This document shows, one piece after another, positions 1 through 13,331 of a stretch of 64,000 bases of DNA. A program made the position numbers and the translations under genes. Source of the stretch: Eledone cirrhosa (Eukaryota). The notes below the pieces were generated by a model that saw only the letters and a program-made list of their open reading frames with translations, made no database searches and had not been told where the DNA came from. The stretch lies in NCBI GenBank assembly GCA_964016885.1, contig OZ024742.1:325438001-325502000 (forward strand). The letters run 5' to 3'. How positions within the stretch are numbered: the stretch's first letter is position 1; each line of letters begins with the position of its first letter.

Positions 1-1851
1 TTGAACGGTTGTGAAAGGTGACCGTTCACTCTCACTACAGAGCAGATGTCGCTGTTCATGGCAGCAATCCAGCGTCTGTAGACGGGCCCAAAGCCAGCCA
101 CCCTCAGGACTGCCGCTAGGTAACGATGGTCGAACCTATCGAAGGCTTTCGACTGATCTAAATTGATCAAGGACCCACCCGTGCCAGGTTCCCTAGCTAC
201 CCTCTCTACGATGTATCGCATGAGGTGGAGGTTGTCGTGGATGGATCTGTCGAGAATGGCGCATGTCTGCGCCTCTCCCACCAAACCATCAACGACAAGT
301 GCCAACCTCTTTGCTAGTACCTTTGCCAAAATCTTGAACTCTGTGTTTAGCAGAGTTATGGGCCTGAAATTATCTATGTTATCCCCCTTGTTCGGATCCT
401 TTCTCAGCAGTGCCGGCGCTCCTCGGCTCACAGAGCTGGGAATTCTCCCGTTCTGTTGCCAGTTGTAGTAGACGTCCGCCAAGAGGCCTCCGAACAAGTA
501 TGGCATCTGTACGTAAAGTTCATAGGGCAGACCATCCAAACCAGGCGAGTTACCCCTTGTGCAGCCAGTCATTGCCTCCCGTATTTCAGCGGCTGTTATC
601 GGCTTTTCGCAACTCCTCGCCTCAGTGGCCGAGAGCCGCGGCAGTCCGTCGAGGTAGACACTAAAGTCCATCCCTCGACCCGGCCCGCCGCTGCCCCCGA
701 ACAGCTGAGCGAAGTGTCGCTGAAAAGCTTCACACATTTGCCCGGGATCGAGTAGCATGCGCCCGTCGTGTTCCACCATAGACCGGATCGTGGCTTTGTT
801 GCCACGACGCACCTCCGCCACTCGGGCCCATTGAACGGCTTTCGTCCCCTCGTGTCTGAGAGCATGCACCCTAGTTCTGACAACGCAGCCTTCATGCTTT
901 GCATTGAAGAATTGGTCAAGGGCCAATTTCGCCGCAAGCACGTCGGTCGCGATGCCTCTGCTAAGCGCCTCGTTCGTCTTATTTTCTAACTAGTTCCCCT
1001 CTGCTCTATTTTTCTCTATTGCTAAAGCCTTACTAAACCTAATGGACTCTATTCTAATCGCTCTTTTCGGAACAAACCACCACTTGTTGTTGACGATGGC
1101 CCCCATCAACGCCCGCTTAACTAGTTCGCTAATCCGGTCTCTGTAGGCCTTGGGCGCTGGTAAGGATGCGTTTAGCTTCCAGTAGCCGAGTCCTCGTCTA
1201 TGAAGCCTATCTAAGTCAAGCACACAGATCACGAATTTGTGGTCCGTGTAGCTGACTATCTTGAATTGTGGACAGCCTATGCTAGACCTATCTATTTCCT
1301 TACAACTCTACTTAGATATGATCTGGATGACCCAATGCGATTTGTCCAAGTCCACAATGGCACATTCGGGAAATCCAATCGGTACCTGCCAGACAGTTCA
1401 AAACGCCTGAGCAGGATGGTGAGGCTCTTGCACCCTCCTCCCCTATCCGTTAATCCCACACAGTCCCAGCGTGCCTCTAAGATCCCGTTCCAGTCGCCCA
1501 CTAACACTAAAGAGCGGGAGTTCCAAGAAAGGTCTCCAGACGCCGGAAGAAATCAGGCCGCCCTGCTCCTGTCGGGGCATAGACGGCCACTAGCCTGAAA
1601 GCTTTCCCGTCTCCTCTGGGTACGTCCAGCACCACCAACTTACCCTCTGGGTCCAGGAAGATGGCCCGTATGGCGAGATCCTCTCCGAAAAAGCACAGCA
1701 ACTCCTCCCTCCCCGATGCTTCGGAGATTCTGGTCTCGCTGATGGCCACTACATCTATGTTTAGTGACCTGAGGTCGTTGAGTAGGTGGCCCTGCTTCCA
1801 TGACGACCCCAAGCCACGCGCATTTATGCTGCCTATTCTGAGTGAGGTCAT
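1..1851 (-). pseudogene. A1 ORF2 (APE endonuclease and start of RT), frameshifted, with a ~60 bp deletion near 1710
   Basis: ORF pieces 1507-1851, 1292-1507 and 990-1232 are colinear with A2 ORF2. Confidence 0.9.
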
Positions 1852-1885
1852 GTTGAAAAGGAGTGGAAAAGATGGGAAAGACCAC

Positions 1886-3794
1886 TTACCTTACTTCTCG
1901 TAGGGGAAGGACGGCTTTTCCATCCTTTTCACTGCTTGTGGCCTCCTCAGGAAGGATGTCCTTATGAATCCTCCTGGAGAGTGCTTGTCGGAAGTCTCCG
2001 ATGTCTTTGGGGAATTTTTGTTTTAGTGTCATGTACGTTTTCTGTGTGATGCGAGTGATTTGTATGTGTGGAGGATGGTGTGAACTTTTGGGTTGTTGTG
2101 TAGTCTTTTTCTGTGATGATGGTGTTGTGTTGCATGTAGTGTAATAATTGGTTGTTCAAATTTAATGATGTGTAGTGTGTATCGTTTTGGTTGTTTTGTT
2201 TTGTTTGCGTTTGTTGTGGGTTTGTTTCTGTTACGCTTTTTGGTGACTTTTGTGGTGTTGGTGATGGTGGTGTTGGGGTTAATGATGGTGACCGTGTTGG
2301 TGTTTGTGGTGATGGAGTTGGTGATGCTGCTGTGGACGGTGGCATATCTGTCTTAACTTTCTTGTTGGCTAATTTATTTGTTTCCCTCTGTATTTTGTTT
2401 TTGGAGGGGGAGGGAAGAGAATTTTTTCTTTTGTGGTTTCTTTTTTTCTTTTTTCCTGATACCGTTTCCCACTCCTCGTCGTCACAATCTGTCTCCAGTT
2501 GCGATAAGCCGGGGAGTAGAAAATCCTCCACAGGCGTTGGTTTTGGTTGTGGCGTGGTTGATGGTGTAGGCGCTGGTGCTAGTTCTGGGGCGCTGGGTGG
2601 GTTGTTGCTGTTACAGTTGCTTCTGTTGTTGCTGCTACAGTTGTTGCTGCCATCTCTGCTGCTGGTGGTGTTGATGGTTGATTCACTGGGGTGGGTAACA
2701 GAGGTGGCCTCAACCTTTTAGCCTGAGTGCAGAAAGCCCTTAGGTGGGTTCCTTCACCACAAACGACACACCTGGGTCATCTGCCCTCGACGATTACGGT
2801 GAGGTGGCTGCCGTCAGTGAGGTCTATTACCTCTGGGATCTCCTCAATGCTTTTATGGTCCGCTTGGATCAGGAGCTCCATCCGAGATCCTGACCAGTTC
2901 TCCTGCTTTTCTTTTGCTATTTCTATTATTTTGGTGTTCGTCTCGATGCCGGCGAGGACGGCAGCCATTAGCCAGGGAATTTCGATGGCCGGTGGAACGT
3001 GGGTCACCCTGATCTTCACAAGTCTCTGGCCACAATAGATTGGGATGAGTGTGAAGTCGTCGCTTCTTAATGGGGCCATGGAGTTTTCTCTGGCCTCCTG
3101 TAGTGTTTCAAAGAACACGTCCACTGTTCCATACTTCTGCCCACGTCTGATGTGGGTTTTTTGCCCACATATGTCCCAAAGCTTTTTGGATTTGGGACTC
3201 AGATTCCCGTTGCACTCGGCGCGATTTTATGGTTATTGTCCGATAAGACACGGTGCATAGGCGACGTTGCTCCATTTTATTAGGTGAGGCTGACCCTGCA
3301 CCCATCTTTCTTTACCATTCCTTTGGCTTCGTCTAATTCTTCCTGAGTTACCTGGATCGCTTCGCACGTTTTTGCTACTCTGGCAAACTCAGGGTAGTTT
3401 TCTTAATTTCATTGCTGCTGTTGTTATTATCGTTATTTTTGCTATTGTTAATTTTAGTTTCAGTTGTGGTGGTGGTGGCGTCAGTGGTGTTCGGTGTGGA
3501 AGTGTTCATTTTGGTTGAATTCATTTCGATATCATGAGTAAATTAATTTTTTTCTTTTGTTTCTGTTGTCGCTGTGGTGGTGGTGGGGATTGTGGTTGTC
3601 GCGGTGGTGGTGGTGGTGGCGGCTTTAACACCTGCAGTCATTGATAATGGCGGGAAATGAACGTCTGCCTGAGACAAATTTAAAATATTGCTACTGCTTA
3701 CAATTCCAGTGTTGGCAAACGTAGCAAAATTTACAATGGTGGTGTCGGTGTGAGGTGTTGGATTGTGAGGAAGGAGTGAATCTGAGTCATCCAT
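1886..3794 (-). pseudogene. A1 ORF1 (gag-like, Thr/Pro-rich), frameshifted
   Basis: ORF pieces 3543-3794, 3108-3305, 2777-3124 and 1962-2531 match A2 ORF1. Confidence 0.85.
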
Positions 3795-4010
3795 TATTTT
3801 TCAAAGAAAAATTTTTTGTTTGATAATTAAAAAAAGTTTAAATTTTGGGCTCAAGGCCCCAATATTTTTGAGTGTGCTTTTCAGAAATCAATATATGTGC
3901 ACTTATATACAGTTAACAATAAAAATTTTCCATAAATGGCAATTTTAAATAACTGAAAATAACAAACCTTTGCGGAGCTCACGATGAAACGATTTACTAC
4001 GTAGGGCGCC

Positions 4011-4046
4011 AATAATAATTATAATAATAATAATAATAATAATAAT
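4011..4046 (+). repeat. (TAA)n junction tract A1|B1
   Basis: Direct reading. Confidence 0.98.
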
Positions 4047-7000
4047 GAAAAACGTAAAGGAAATAAAAATGAAGAGAAAAACAAACGGACGGACAGAGAA
4101 GGGAAGGGAAAACTAAGTCAGACATTCAAACACTACATTACAATGAAACTTATGCTTATTCATTTTGGGGTTTTTTTCTGCCTGTTTGTTTGTTTGTTTA
4201 TTTGGGTTCGTCTACAGCGTGATAATGCCACACAAAAGTCACGTGGAGTGACGAAACCACCGGAGAAAAGTAATTCACCGGATCTTATGTAACCATACAT
4301 TCGCCAATCCTCGATAAGAGTGTTTAAATGTCGAACCTAAACAGTTCGAATAACGGTGAAATGGAGACTAGAATGTCACGTGACAGACTCTCACCCAACA
4401 GGTGCTCCCTGGCTCAGCAGCAGGGACCTGGCTGTCAACCAAATACTGCTGGTGTCGGAGGAAGAAGAAGAAGGAAAGGGACCAGAACCAACTGGACGAA
4501 AGAATTGAATAGAACTGTTATGCAATGTTACCTGAAGAGTAACCCCAAGGAGAAAGGCTATAGGAAAAGGATGCATAACATCTGGAACGAGATTGGTCCA
4601 TTTAAATTAGATGAACAAAAACTGGCCGGGCAGGCTCGGGTAATAAGAACTAATGGGTGGATAAGCGAGCTGGAACTGGAGGAACTGAGCAGAGAGATTA
4701 GCTTGGAGATGGAGTGTGGACTATGCCAGGCAAACGAGCCAGTGGGAAATGAAGGTGAAGAGGTCGAGAGAACGGAGGAACCACCCGAAACAGACAATGA
4801 TCTGAATGCTGAGATAAATAATACCTGGAACAGAGATACGGCCACTGAGGAGATGAATGCTGACGGGCTAGGACAAGATTTGGTAGATATCCTAAACTTA
4901 GTGGTAGATGAATTGAAAAATGATAGTGGGAGACCTATGAACCTAAGATTTGTAGACAGGAAAAAGTTAAAAGAAACAACAGCTAAGGTAAACAAAGTCA
5001 TCCCATACCTTCAGGCGAGGAGCCTTCACCAGTGCAACAATATCCTCAAAGCAACAGCAAATACGGTGAGGAAACTACTTGGTATAAAAACGAGAGGGAA
5101 CAACAGACAAGAAAGAGCAGAGCCTTGGTGGAAGAAACGACTGAGTGGTCAAATCAGGGAAATGAGAAATGACATTGGAAAGCTTGAGTCCCTACTGAAT
5201 GGGACACTAAAATACATAGACACTAAAAATAGACTGGAAATAAAGTACAAAACTAGGAGGAAAAAGGTAAATATTATCATAGAGGAACTGAAGCAACGCA
5301 TTGTAGCAAAGAGTGCAAAAATCAGGCGATAGGAGAACAGGGTCAGCCAGTATAGACAGAACCGCATGTTCGACAACAACCAGAAGATGCTGTTTGGACA
5401 GCTTGAAGGGAAAGAAGAGGCAACGAGTTGATCCCTGAGGCGGAACAAACTAAAACATTCTGGAGAGGAATATGGGAGCAGGATGTTAAACATAATGACC
5501 AGGCAGTGTGGATTGAGACAGTACAGAAGGAGTTCAGTTAACAGGCACACCAACAAACTGATTTGAGTATCACAGTTTGAGTATCACTCTTAAGGGGCAG
5601 GCCAAAAAACTAACCAACTGGAAATCACGTGGCCCAGATGGTGTGCAGGCGTATTGGATTAAAAACATAATTTCCCTCCACAAGAAACTGACAACCATGT
5701 TCAATGACTGCTTGATGTCAGGTGAGGTACCAGAGTGGTTGACAAAAGGTACCACAGTTCTGATAATGAAAGACCGAATCAAGGGTAATGATGTTACCAA
5801 CTATAGACCTATCACATGTCTGTCCGTAATGTGGAAACTGTTGACAAGCATTATGTCTGAGGAAATCTACCATCACCTCCACACAAACAACTTGTTACCG
5901 GACGAAGATAAAGGATGCCGAAAGAAGTCACGTGGTACAAAGGACCAGTTACTTATTAATAAGATGGTAATGAGGAATTGCAAGAGGAGACACACTGGTC
6001 TTGCCATGGGATGGATAGACAACAAAAAGGCATTTGACATGGTGCCTCATTCTTGGATCACCAAAAGCCTGGATATCTTCAAGATGGCAGATAGCATCAG
6101 ACAGTTGTTGGGCAAAAGTATGAAGTCCTGGGAAACAGAGTTAACATCAACTGGAGAATCCTTGGGAAGCGTGAAGATCAAGAGAGCTATCTTCAAGGGA
6201 GATAGTCTGTCCTCTCTGTTGTTTGTCCTTGCCCTGATGCCCCTGACCAGTGTACTGCGAAAAGTGAGAGCAGGATACAGGTTGGGAAAGGGAGGGCTTA
6301 CCATCAATCAACTCCTCTTCATGGACGATCTTAAGCTCTTCGGGAAGAGTGAGAAGGAGTTGGATGTGATGTTGACACTGTCCGTATTTTCAGCAATGAT
6401 ATATGTATGCAATTTGGTATAAGTAAGTGTGGAGGCCTTGTGATGAGGAGGAGTAAGTTGAGCAGAAGTAACGGAATCCAGATACCAACAGGTGAGATGA
6501 TAAAGGAAATTAACTCTAAGGAAGGATACAAGTATTTGGGCGTTCTGGTGGCTGATGACATCAAGAACAAAAAAATGAAGGAATTGATAAGAACTGAATA
6601 CATTCGGAGAGTAAGGAGCGTATTAAAGTCACATCTGAACAGTAGGAATGCCATAAGTGCAGTAAATTCCCGAGCTGTGTCTATTATTAGGTACAGTGTG
6701 GGAATTCTGAGATGGAATGTTGCTGAACAAAAACAAATGGATAGGAAGTCTAGGAAGCTATTGACTATCTACAATATGTTCCACAAGAGGAGTGATGTCG
6801 ATAGACTCTACTTAAGGAGATCTGAAGGTGGAAGAGGTCTAATCAGCATAGAGGACTGTGTTCAGATGGAGAAAAACAACCTACACAAATACGTGACTGA
6901 TAGTAAGGAGCCAATGCTCAGAACTGTACTGAAGGAGGGGACAATAGGCCAGGGGATAGCCCACTGTGCAGGATCTGTGGAGAGAGAGAGAGTAGACTGT

Positions 7001-7620
7001 GGCTCACATTGTATCCGAGTGTAAACACCTAGCCCAGGTTCACGATAAGGGCTGGAGACATGATGTGATGGGCAGGGTGATCCACTGGCACCTATGCAAG
7101 GTAAACAATTTACCACTTTCTGAGAAGTGGTATGAGCATAAGCCAGAGGCGGTGATAGAAAACGATCAGGTGAAGGCGCTGTGGGATTTTAGGATACAGA
7201 CGGAGAAGAAACTGGAACACAATAAACCTGACCTGGTGGTTGTGGACAAAGAAAAAAGATCGTGCCTGATTGTGGGTGTGGCCTTCCCATTCAACACGAG
7301 AGTGCAAGAGAAGGAGAGGGAGAAAATTAACCGATACCAGGACTTAAAGTGGGAGGTAAAAAGGATTTGGAACTGCCATGAAGTCAAAATGATCCCGATT
7401 GTCATAGGCGCACTAGGGACTATCTCAAAAAGTTTCCAGGGATGGTTAAAAAAAATTGGCCCCTTCACGCTTTTTGGAACGCTTCAAAAGGCATGCTTGC
7501 TGGGAACAGCAAGAACCCTCCGATACGTCCTGAATATCTGAGGCTGCAAGTAGTGGCTTGATATTCATTTCAACAAACTTTCCAATTAACTAACATAAAT
7601 GACTGAGACTAAAAAAAAAA
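4047..7620 (+). mobile_element. Family B copy B1: R4/Dong-clade RLE non-LTR retrotransposon, defective
   Basis: Single broken ORF 4328-7541: N-terminal W..ELN..VMQCY..SNP..GYRKRM motif, RT (YRPITCL, KAFDMV, GDSLS, LFMDD), then HIVSEC..WRHD..KPDLVVVD..EKINRYQDL (RLE). Contains stops, frameshifts and a ~215 bp deletion at ~6958. Flanked by (TAA)n. Confidence 0.93.
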
Positions 7621-7622
7621 TA

Positions 7623-7652
<30 letters not shown>
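7621..7652 (+). repeat. (TAA)n junction tract B1|A2 (tail-to-tail)
   Basis: Direct reading. Confidence 0.98.
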
Positions 7653-7653
<1 letters not shown>

Positions 7654-7896
7654 TTTTCTTTATTAACCACAAGGGTTCACATAAAGTAGACATCAAGGAC
7701 AGTACAGGACAATACAGGACGGTACAAATGGGCATTTCTGCGTGTAAAAAAAACAGAGGTTGAAATAAAATAACAAAGAAAAATTCCCCAATAGGGGGGA
7801 GACTTCCAAGGAACATTTGTGGAGAAAGCCCATTAAAAGACCACAGTGGCCCTGACCACCAGGGCAAGTGCCCTCTCCCAGTTTTCCACCTTTAAT

Positions 7897-10800
7897 TTAC
7901 AGACACATACTCAGAGAAGGCCCATTCATTCGGGCCATACTTGCTTCTCTCACCCATCTTTCAACAAAATGCTGAGAAGAGAGCACTTCCCTCTCTACCC
8001 TGATTTTTCTTTTCAAATGAAATTTGAAAAAGTTAATCAGAGCATCACCGAAGAGGTAAGTGCTCGTCTTCAGCCCTTTCAAACGTGTCCACCATACTAT
8101 CTCTTTCGCAATGGCCACCAGACAGATAAAAACTGCCTGCCCTTCCAGGCTAAAGGAAGGGGGCGGGGCAATCCTCACGATGGACTCAGCTGATAGCTGG
8201 ATCCGTCCTACACGTGACAGCAGGTGTTCGACATAAACCCACAAGTCAGCAATGCTCGGACACTGGACGAGTGCGTGCAGGACGGTTTCGTCGCCCTGCG
8301 CGCATCTCGGACATGCCCGGCTGACGGCACCTCCATGCCTGTAGAGTTTATCCCGAACTGGCAAAGCTCCTCGGTAGCACTGCCAGGCCAGGGATTTCTG
8401 GAAGATGTCCATAGGCCCCGGCCCGAAAGTCCTTCCGAAGAGATTGGCTAGTTGATTTTCGTCGACGCCTAGATTTTCTCCAAGTACGTCGTCGCTCTTC
8501 CCCTCCACTAATCCCCTATAGAACGCCAAGGTGGAGTTTCCACCGATCACATTGCCCGATTGGTCGAGGGCTGTGAGCGCCTGAAGACATTCCAGTCTCC
8601 AAGCGCTCCCTCTCGATCTTCGCTTGACCCAGGACTGCAGCTCCGTCAAGGAGACGAGCTGGGGAAAAACGTGTCTTGCAAACGGCGACCACACCTGATC
8701 ACCGTCGAGGAAGAGGTGGAGATGTCGTAGCCTGAGCACGTGTCTGCGCATCATCAGCCACGGCATGCCCAGCCCTCCACGTAGCGGGTGTTGACAGCAG
8801 ATGGACCGCCTGACCATCGGAGCGCGTCCCTTCCACAAGAAGCGAAAGAGCAAACGCTCCAGCGCAGTCAGGCGGGGCTTAGGACAAGGTACGACGGTCA
8901 GGCGGTAGTAGATGACGGATGCGATGTACGCATTCGCCACCTCCGCTCGACCTTTCAGGGATAGCTTCCTCTCGGCCCATTTCTGGGTGAGAGAAGCCAC
9001 CCTGCTCGTCACCTCGTCCCAGTTTTTGTCCGTCTGGAGGTCTGGACCGAACCAGACCCCTAGCAATTTAACCGGTCCGTCCGTCCAGCGCCCGACGACG
9101 CTGTTGGACGGCATGGACCTGCCTCTGCAGGTGCCGAGCTGCAGCCCCACTGACTTTTCCTGGTTGATCATTGCTCCTGTCACCGCTTCGTATTCTCTTA
9201 GTGTAGTGCCGATCGCCTCGATGTGTTTGGCGTTCGACACCACTACGGTGACATCGTCGGCATATGCTGACACGGATCTTCCGCATCCTAGTTCGCGCGG
9301 GACCCCCCTCAACGTCTCCAGTTTGTGCAGTAATGGCTCGAGAGTCAATACGTACAATAGGGACGAGAGGGGACATCCTTGGCGGACCGAGCGCATGATG
9401 TTGAACGGTTCCGAAAGGTGACCGTTCACTCTCACTACAGAGCAGATGTCGCTGTGCATGGCAGCGATCCAGCCTCTGAAGACGGGCCCAAAGCCAGCCG
9501 CCCTCAGGACTGCCGTTAGGTAACGATGGTCGACCCTATCGAAGGCTTTCGACTGATCTAAATTGATCAAAGACCCACCCGTGCCAGGTTCCCTAGCTAC
9601 CCTCTCTACGATGTATCGCATGAGGTGGAGGTTGTCGTGGATGGATCTGTCGGGAATGGCGCATGTCTGTGCCTCTCCCACCAGACCACCAACGACAAGC
9701 GCCAACCTCTTTGCTAGCACCTTGGCCAAAATCTTGAACTCTGTGTTTAGCAGAGTTATGGGCCTAAACTTATCTATGTTATCCCCCTTGTTCGGATCCT
9801 TTCTCAGCAGCGCCACCGCTCCTCGGCTCACAGAGCTGGGAATTCTCCCGTTCTGTTGCCAGTTGCAGTAGACGTCCGCCAAAGGCCTCCGAACAAGTTT
9901 GGCATTTGTACGTAAAGTTCATAGGGCAGACCATCCAAACCATGCGATTTACCCCTTGTGCAACTAGTCATTGCATCCCGTACTTCAGCGGTTGTTATCG
10001 GCTTTCCGCAACACTCCGCCTCAGTGGCCGAAAGCCGCGGCAGTCCGTCGAGGTAGACACTAAAGTCCATCCCTCGATCCGGCCCGCCACTGCCCCCGAA
10101 CAGTTGAGCGAAGTGTCGCTGAAAAGCTTCACACATTTGCCCGGGATCGAGTAGCATGCGCCCGTCGTGGTCCACCAAAGACCGGATCGTGGCTTTGTTG
10201 CCACGACGCGCCTCCGCCACTCGGGCCCATTGAACGGCTTTCGTCCCCTCGTGTCTGAGAGCACGCACCCTAGCTCTGACAACGCAGCCTTCGTGCTTTG
10301 CATTGAAGAATTGGTCAAGGGCCAATTTCGCCGCAAGTACGTCGGTCGCGATGCCTTTGCTAAGCGCCTCATCTAATTTTCTAACTAATTCTCCCTCTGC
10401 TCTATTTTTCTCTATTGCTAAAGTCTTACTAAACCTAATGGACTCTATTCTAATTGCTCTTTTCAGAGCAAACCACCACTTGTTGTTGACGATGGCCCCG
10501 TCAACGCCCGCTTAACTAGTTCGCTAATCCTGTCACTGTAGGCCTTGCGCGCTGGTAAGGACGCGTTTAGCTTCCAGTAGCCGGGTCCTTGTCTATGAAG
10601 CCTATCTAAGTCAAGCACACAGATCACGAATTTGTGGTCCGTGTAGCTGACTATCTTGAATTGTGGACAGCCTATGCTAGACCTATCTATTTCCCTACAA
10701 AATACTCTATCTAGATATGATCTGGATGACCCAATGCGATTTGTCCAAGTCCACATTGGTACATTCGGGAAATCCATTCGGTACCTGTCAGACAGTTCAA

Positions 10801-11313
10801 AACGTCTGAGCAGGTTGGTGAGACTCTTGCACCCTCCTTCCCTATCCACTAATCCCACACAATCCCAGCGTGCCTCTAAGATCCCGTTCCAGTCGCCCAC
10901 TAACACTAAAGAGCGGGAGTTCCAAGAAAGGTCTCCAGACGCCGGAAGAAATCAGGCCGCCCTGCTCCTGTCGGGGCATAGACGGCCACTAACCTGAAAG
11001 CTTGCCCGTCTCCGCTGGTCACGTCCAGCACCACCAACTTACCTTCTGGGTCCAGGAAGATGGCCCGTATGGCAAGATCGAAACCTCTCCGAAAAAGCAC
11101 AGCAACTCCTCCCCCCGATCCCGGACGGCTGGGAGATGCGTACACATCGTAGCCGCCGAAGATCGGTGCGAAAGCCTGTGCTTCGGAGATTCTGGTCTCG
11201 CTGATGGCCACTACATCTATGTTTAGTGACCTGAGGTCGTTGAGCAGGTGGCCCTGCTTCCATGACGACCCCAAGCCACGCGCATTTATGCTGCCTATTC
11301 TGAGTGAGGTCAT
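7897..11313 (-). pseudogene. A2 ORF2: APE endonuclease, reverse transcriptase and CCHC finger; frameshifts near 10906, 10500 and 9880
   Basis: SINARG/ISET/GDWN/YLDR/YTDH (APE); FRPITLLN, DQSKAFD, RQGCPLS, YADD (RT); CPRC-x8-H-x4-C in the 661-aa ORF 7897-9882. Confidence 0.95.
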
Positions 11314-11347
11314 GTTGAAAAGGAGTGGAAAAGATGGGAAAGACCAC

Positions 11348-13331
11348 TTACCTTACTTCTCGTAGGGGAAGGACGGTTTTTCCATCCTTTTCACTGCTTG
11401 TGGCCTCCTCAGGAAGGATGTCCTTATAAATCCTCCTGGAGAGTGCTTGTCGGAAGTCTCCGATGTCTTTGGGGAATTTTTGTTTTAGTGTCATGTACGT
11501 TTTCTGTGTGATGCGAGTGATTTGTATGTGTGGAGGTGGTGTGAATTTTGCGGTTGTTGTGTAGTCTTTTTCTGTGATGCTGGTGTTGTGTTGGATGTAG
11601 TGCAATAATTGCTTGTTGTTCAAATTTAATGCTGTGTAGTGTGTATCGTTTTGGTTGTTTTGTTTTGTTTGCGTTTGTTGTGAGTTTGTTTCTGTTTCGC
11701 ATTTTGGTGACTTTTGTGGTGTAGGTGATGGTGGTGTTGGAGTTAATGATGGTGATGGTGTTGGTGTTTGGGTTGATGGGGTTGGTGATGCTGGTGTGGA
11801 TGGTGGCATATCTGTCCTAACTTTTTTGTTTCTTAGTTTATTTGTTTCCCTCTGTATTTTGTTTTTGGAGGGGGAGGGAAGAGAATTTTTTCTTTTGTGG
11901 TTTCTTTTTTTTTTCTGGATATCGTTTCCCACTCCTCGTCGTCACAATCTGTCTCCAGTTGTGACAGGCCGGGGAGTGGAAAATCCTCCACAGCCGTTAG
12001 TTTTGGTTGTGGTGTGGTGGATGGTGTAGGCGCTGGTGCTAGTTCTGAAGCCTTGGGTGGTGGTGGTGTTGGTTTTGCTGGTGGTGGTAGTGGTGTTGGT
12101 TTTGCTACTGTTGCTGGGGTTGTTGCTGTTATAGTTGCTTCTGTTGTTGCTGCTACAGTTGTTGCTGCCATCTCTGCTACTGGTGGTGTTGATGGTTGTG
12201 TCACTGGGGTGGGTAGGAGAGGTGGCCTCAACCTTTTAGCCTGAGGGCAGAAAGCCCTTAGGTGGGTTCCTTCACCACAAACGACACACCTAGGTCTTCT
12301 GCCCTCGACAATTACCGTGAGGTGGCTGCCGTCAGTGAGGTCTATTACCTCTGGGATCTCCTCAATGCTTTTTTGGTCCGCTTGGATCAGGAGCTCCATC
12401 CCAGATCCGGACCAGTTTTCCTGCTTTTCTTTTGCTATTGTTATTATTTTCGTGTTGGCCTCGATGCCGGCGATGACAGCCGCTATTAGCCAGGGAATTT
12501 CGATGGCCGGTGGAACGTGGGTCACCCTGATCTTTACGAGTCTCTGGCCACAATAGCTTGGGACGAGTGTGAGGTCGTCACTTTTTAATGGGGCCATGGA
12601 CTGTTCTCTAGCCTCCTCTGGTGTTTCAAAGAACACATCCACGGTTCCATACTTTTGCCCACGTCTGATGTGGGTTTTTCTTGCCCACACATGTCCCAAA
12701 GCTTTTTGGATTTGGGACTCGGATGCCCGTTCCACTCGGCGCGATTTTACATTTATTGTTCTATAAGACACGGTGCACAGGCGCCGATGCTCCATTTTAT
12801 TAGGTGGGGGGTGAGGCTGACCCTGTACCCATCTTTCTTTACCATTTGTTTGGCATTTTCTAAATCTTCTTGAGTTACCGTGAACGCTTCGAATTGTTTT
12901 GCTACGATGGCGAAACTGAGGGTCGGTTTTATAATGTCATTGTTGTTGTTGTTGCTATCGTTAATATTAATTTTATTTTCAGTTGTGGTGGTGGTGACGT
13001 CAGTCGTCTTTAGTGGGGAAGAGTCCATTTTGCTTGATTTCATTTCGACGTCACGAGTTAATTTATTTTTTTCTTCTTTTGTTTCTGTTGTCGCGGTGGT
13101 GGTGGTGGTGGTGGTTGTCGCGGTGGTGGTGGTGGTGGAGGGTTTAACACCTGCAGTCATTGGTAATGGCGGGAAATGAATGTCTGCCTGAGACAAATTT
13201 AAAATATTGCTACTGCTTATATTTTTTGTAGTGTTGGCAAACGTAGTAACATTTACAATGGTGGTGTCGGTGTGAGGTGTTATTTTGTGAGGAAGGCTTT
13301 CAGCTGCTTCGTGCAGAGGGGAATTAGCCAT
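11348..13331 (-). pseudogene. A2 ORF1: Tx1-type gag-like protein with zinc knuckle, frameshifted
   Basis: CVVCGEGTHLRAFC fits CX2CX4HX4C. Pieces at 12753-13340, 11833-12795 and 11348-11932. Confidence 0.9.

Larger units (their letters stand above)
1..4010 (-). mobile_element. Family A copy A1: Tx1/L1-clade non-LTR retrotransposon, 5'-complete, runs off the left edge of the window, defective
   Basis: ORF2 fragments show APE motifs (SINARG, ISET, GDWN) and sequence colinear with the RT region of A2. ORF1 fragments match A2. The 5' end TTATT|GGCGCCCTACGTAG abuts (TAA)n at 4011. Confidence 0.93.

Noticed and set aside
4290-4370. HDV-like ribozyme in the family B leader (TCCTCG..GG(C/T)GAA)
   Set aside because: P1 and P3 pairings could not be built.
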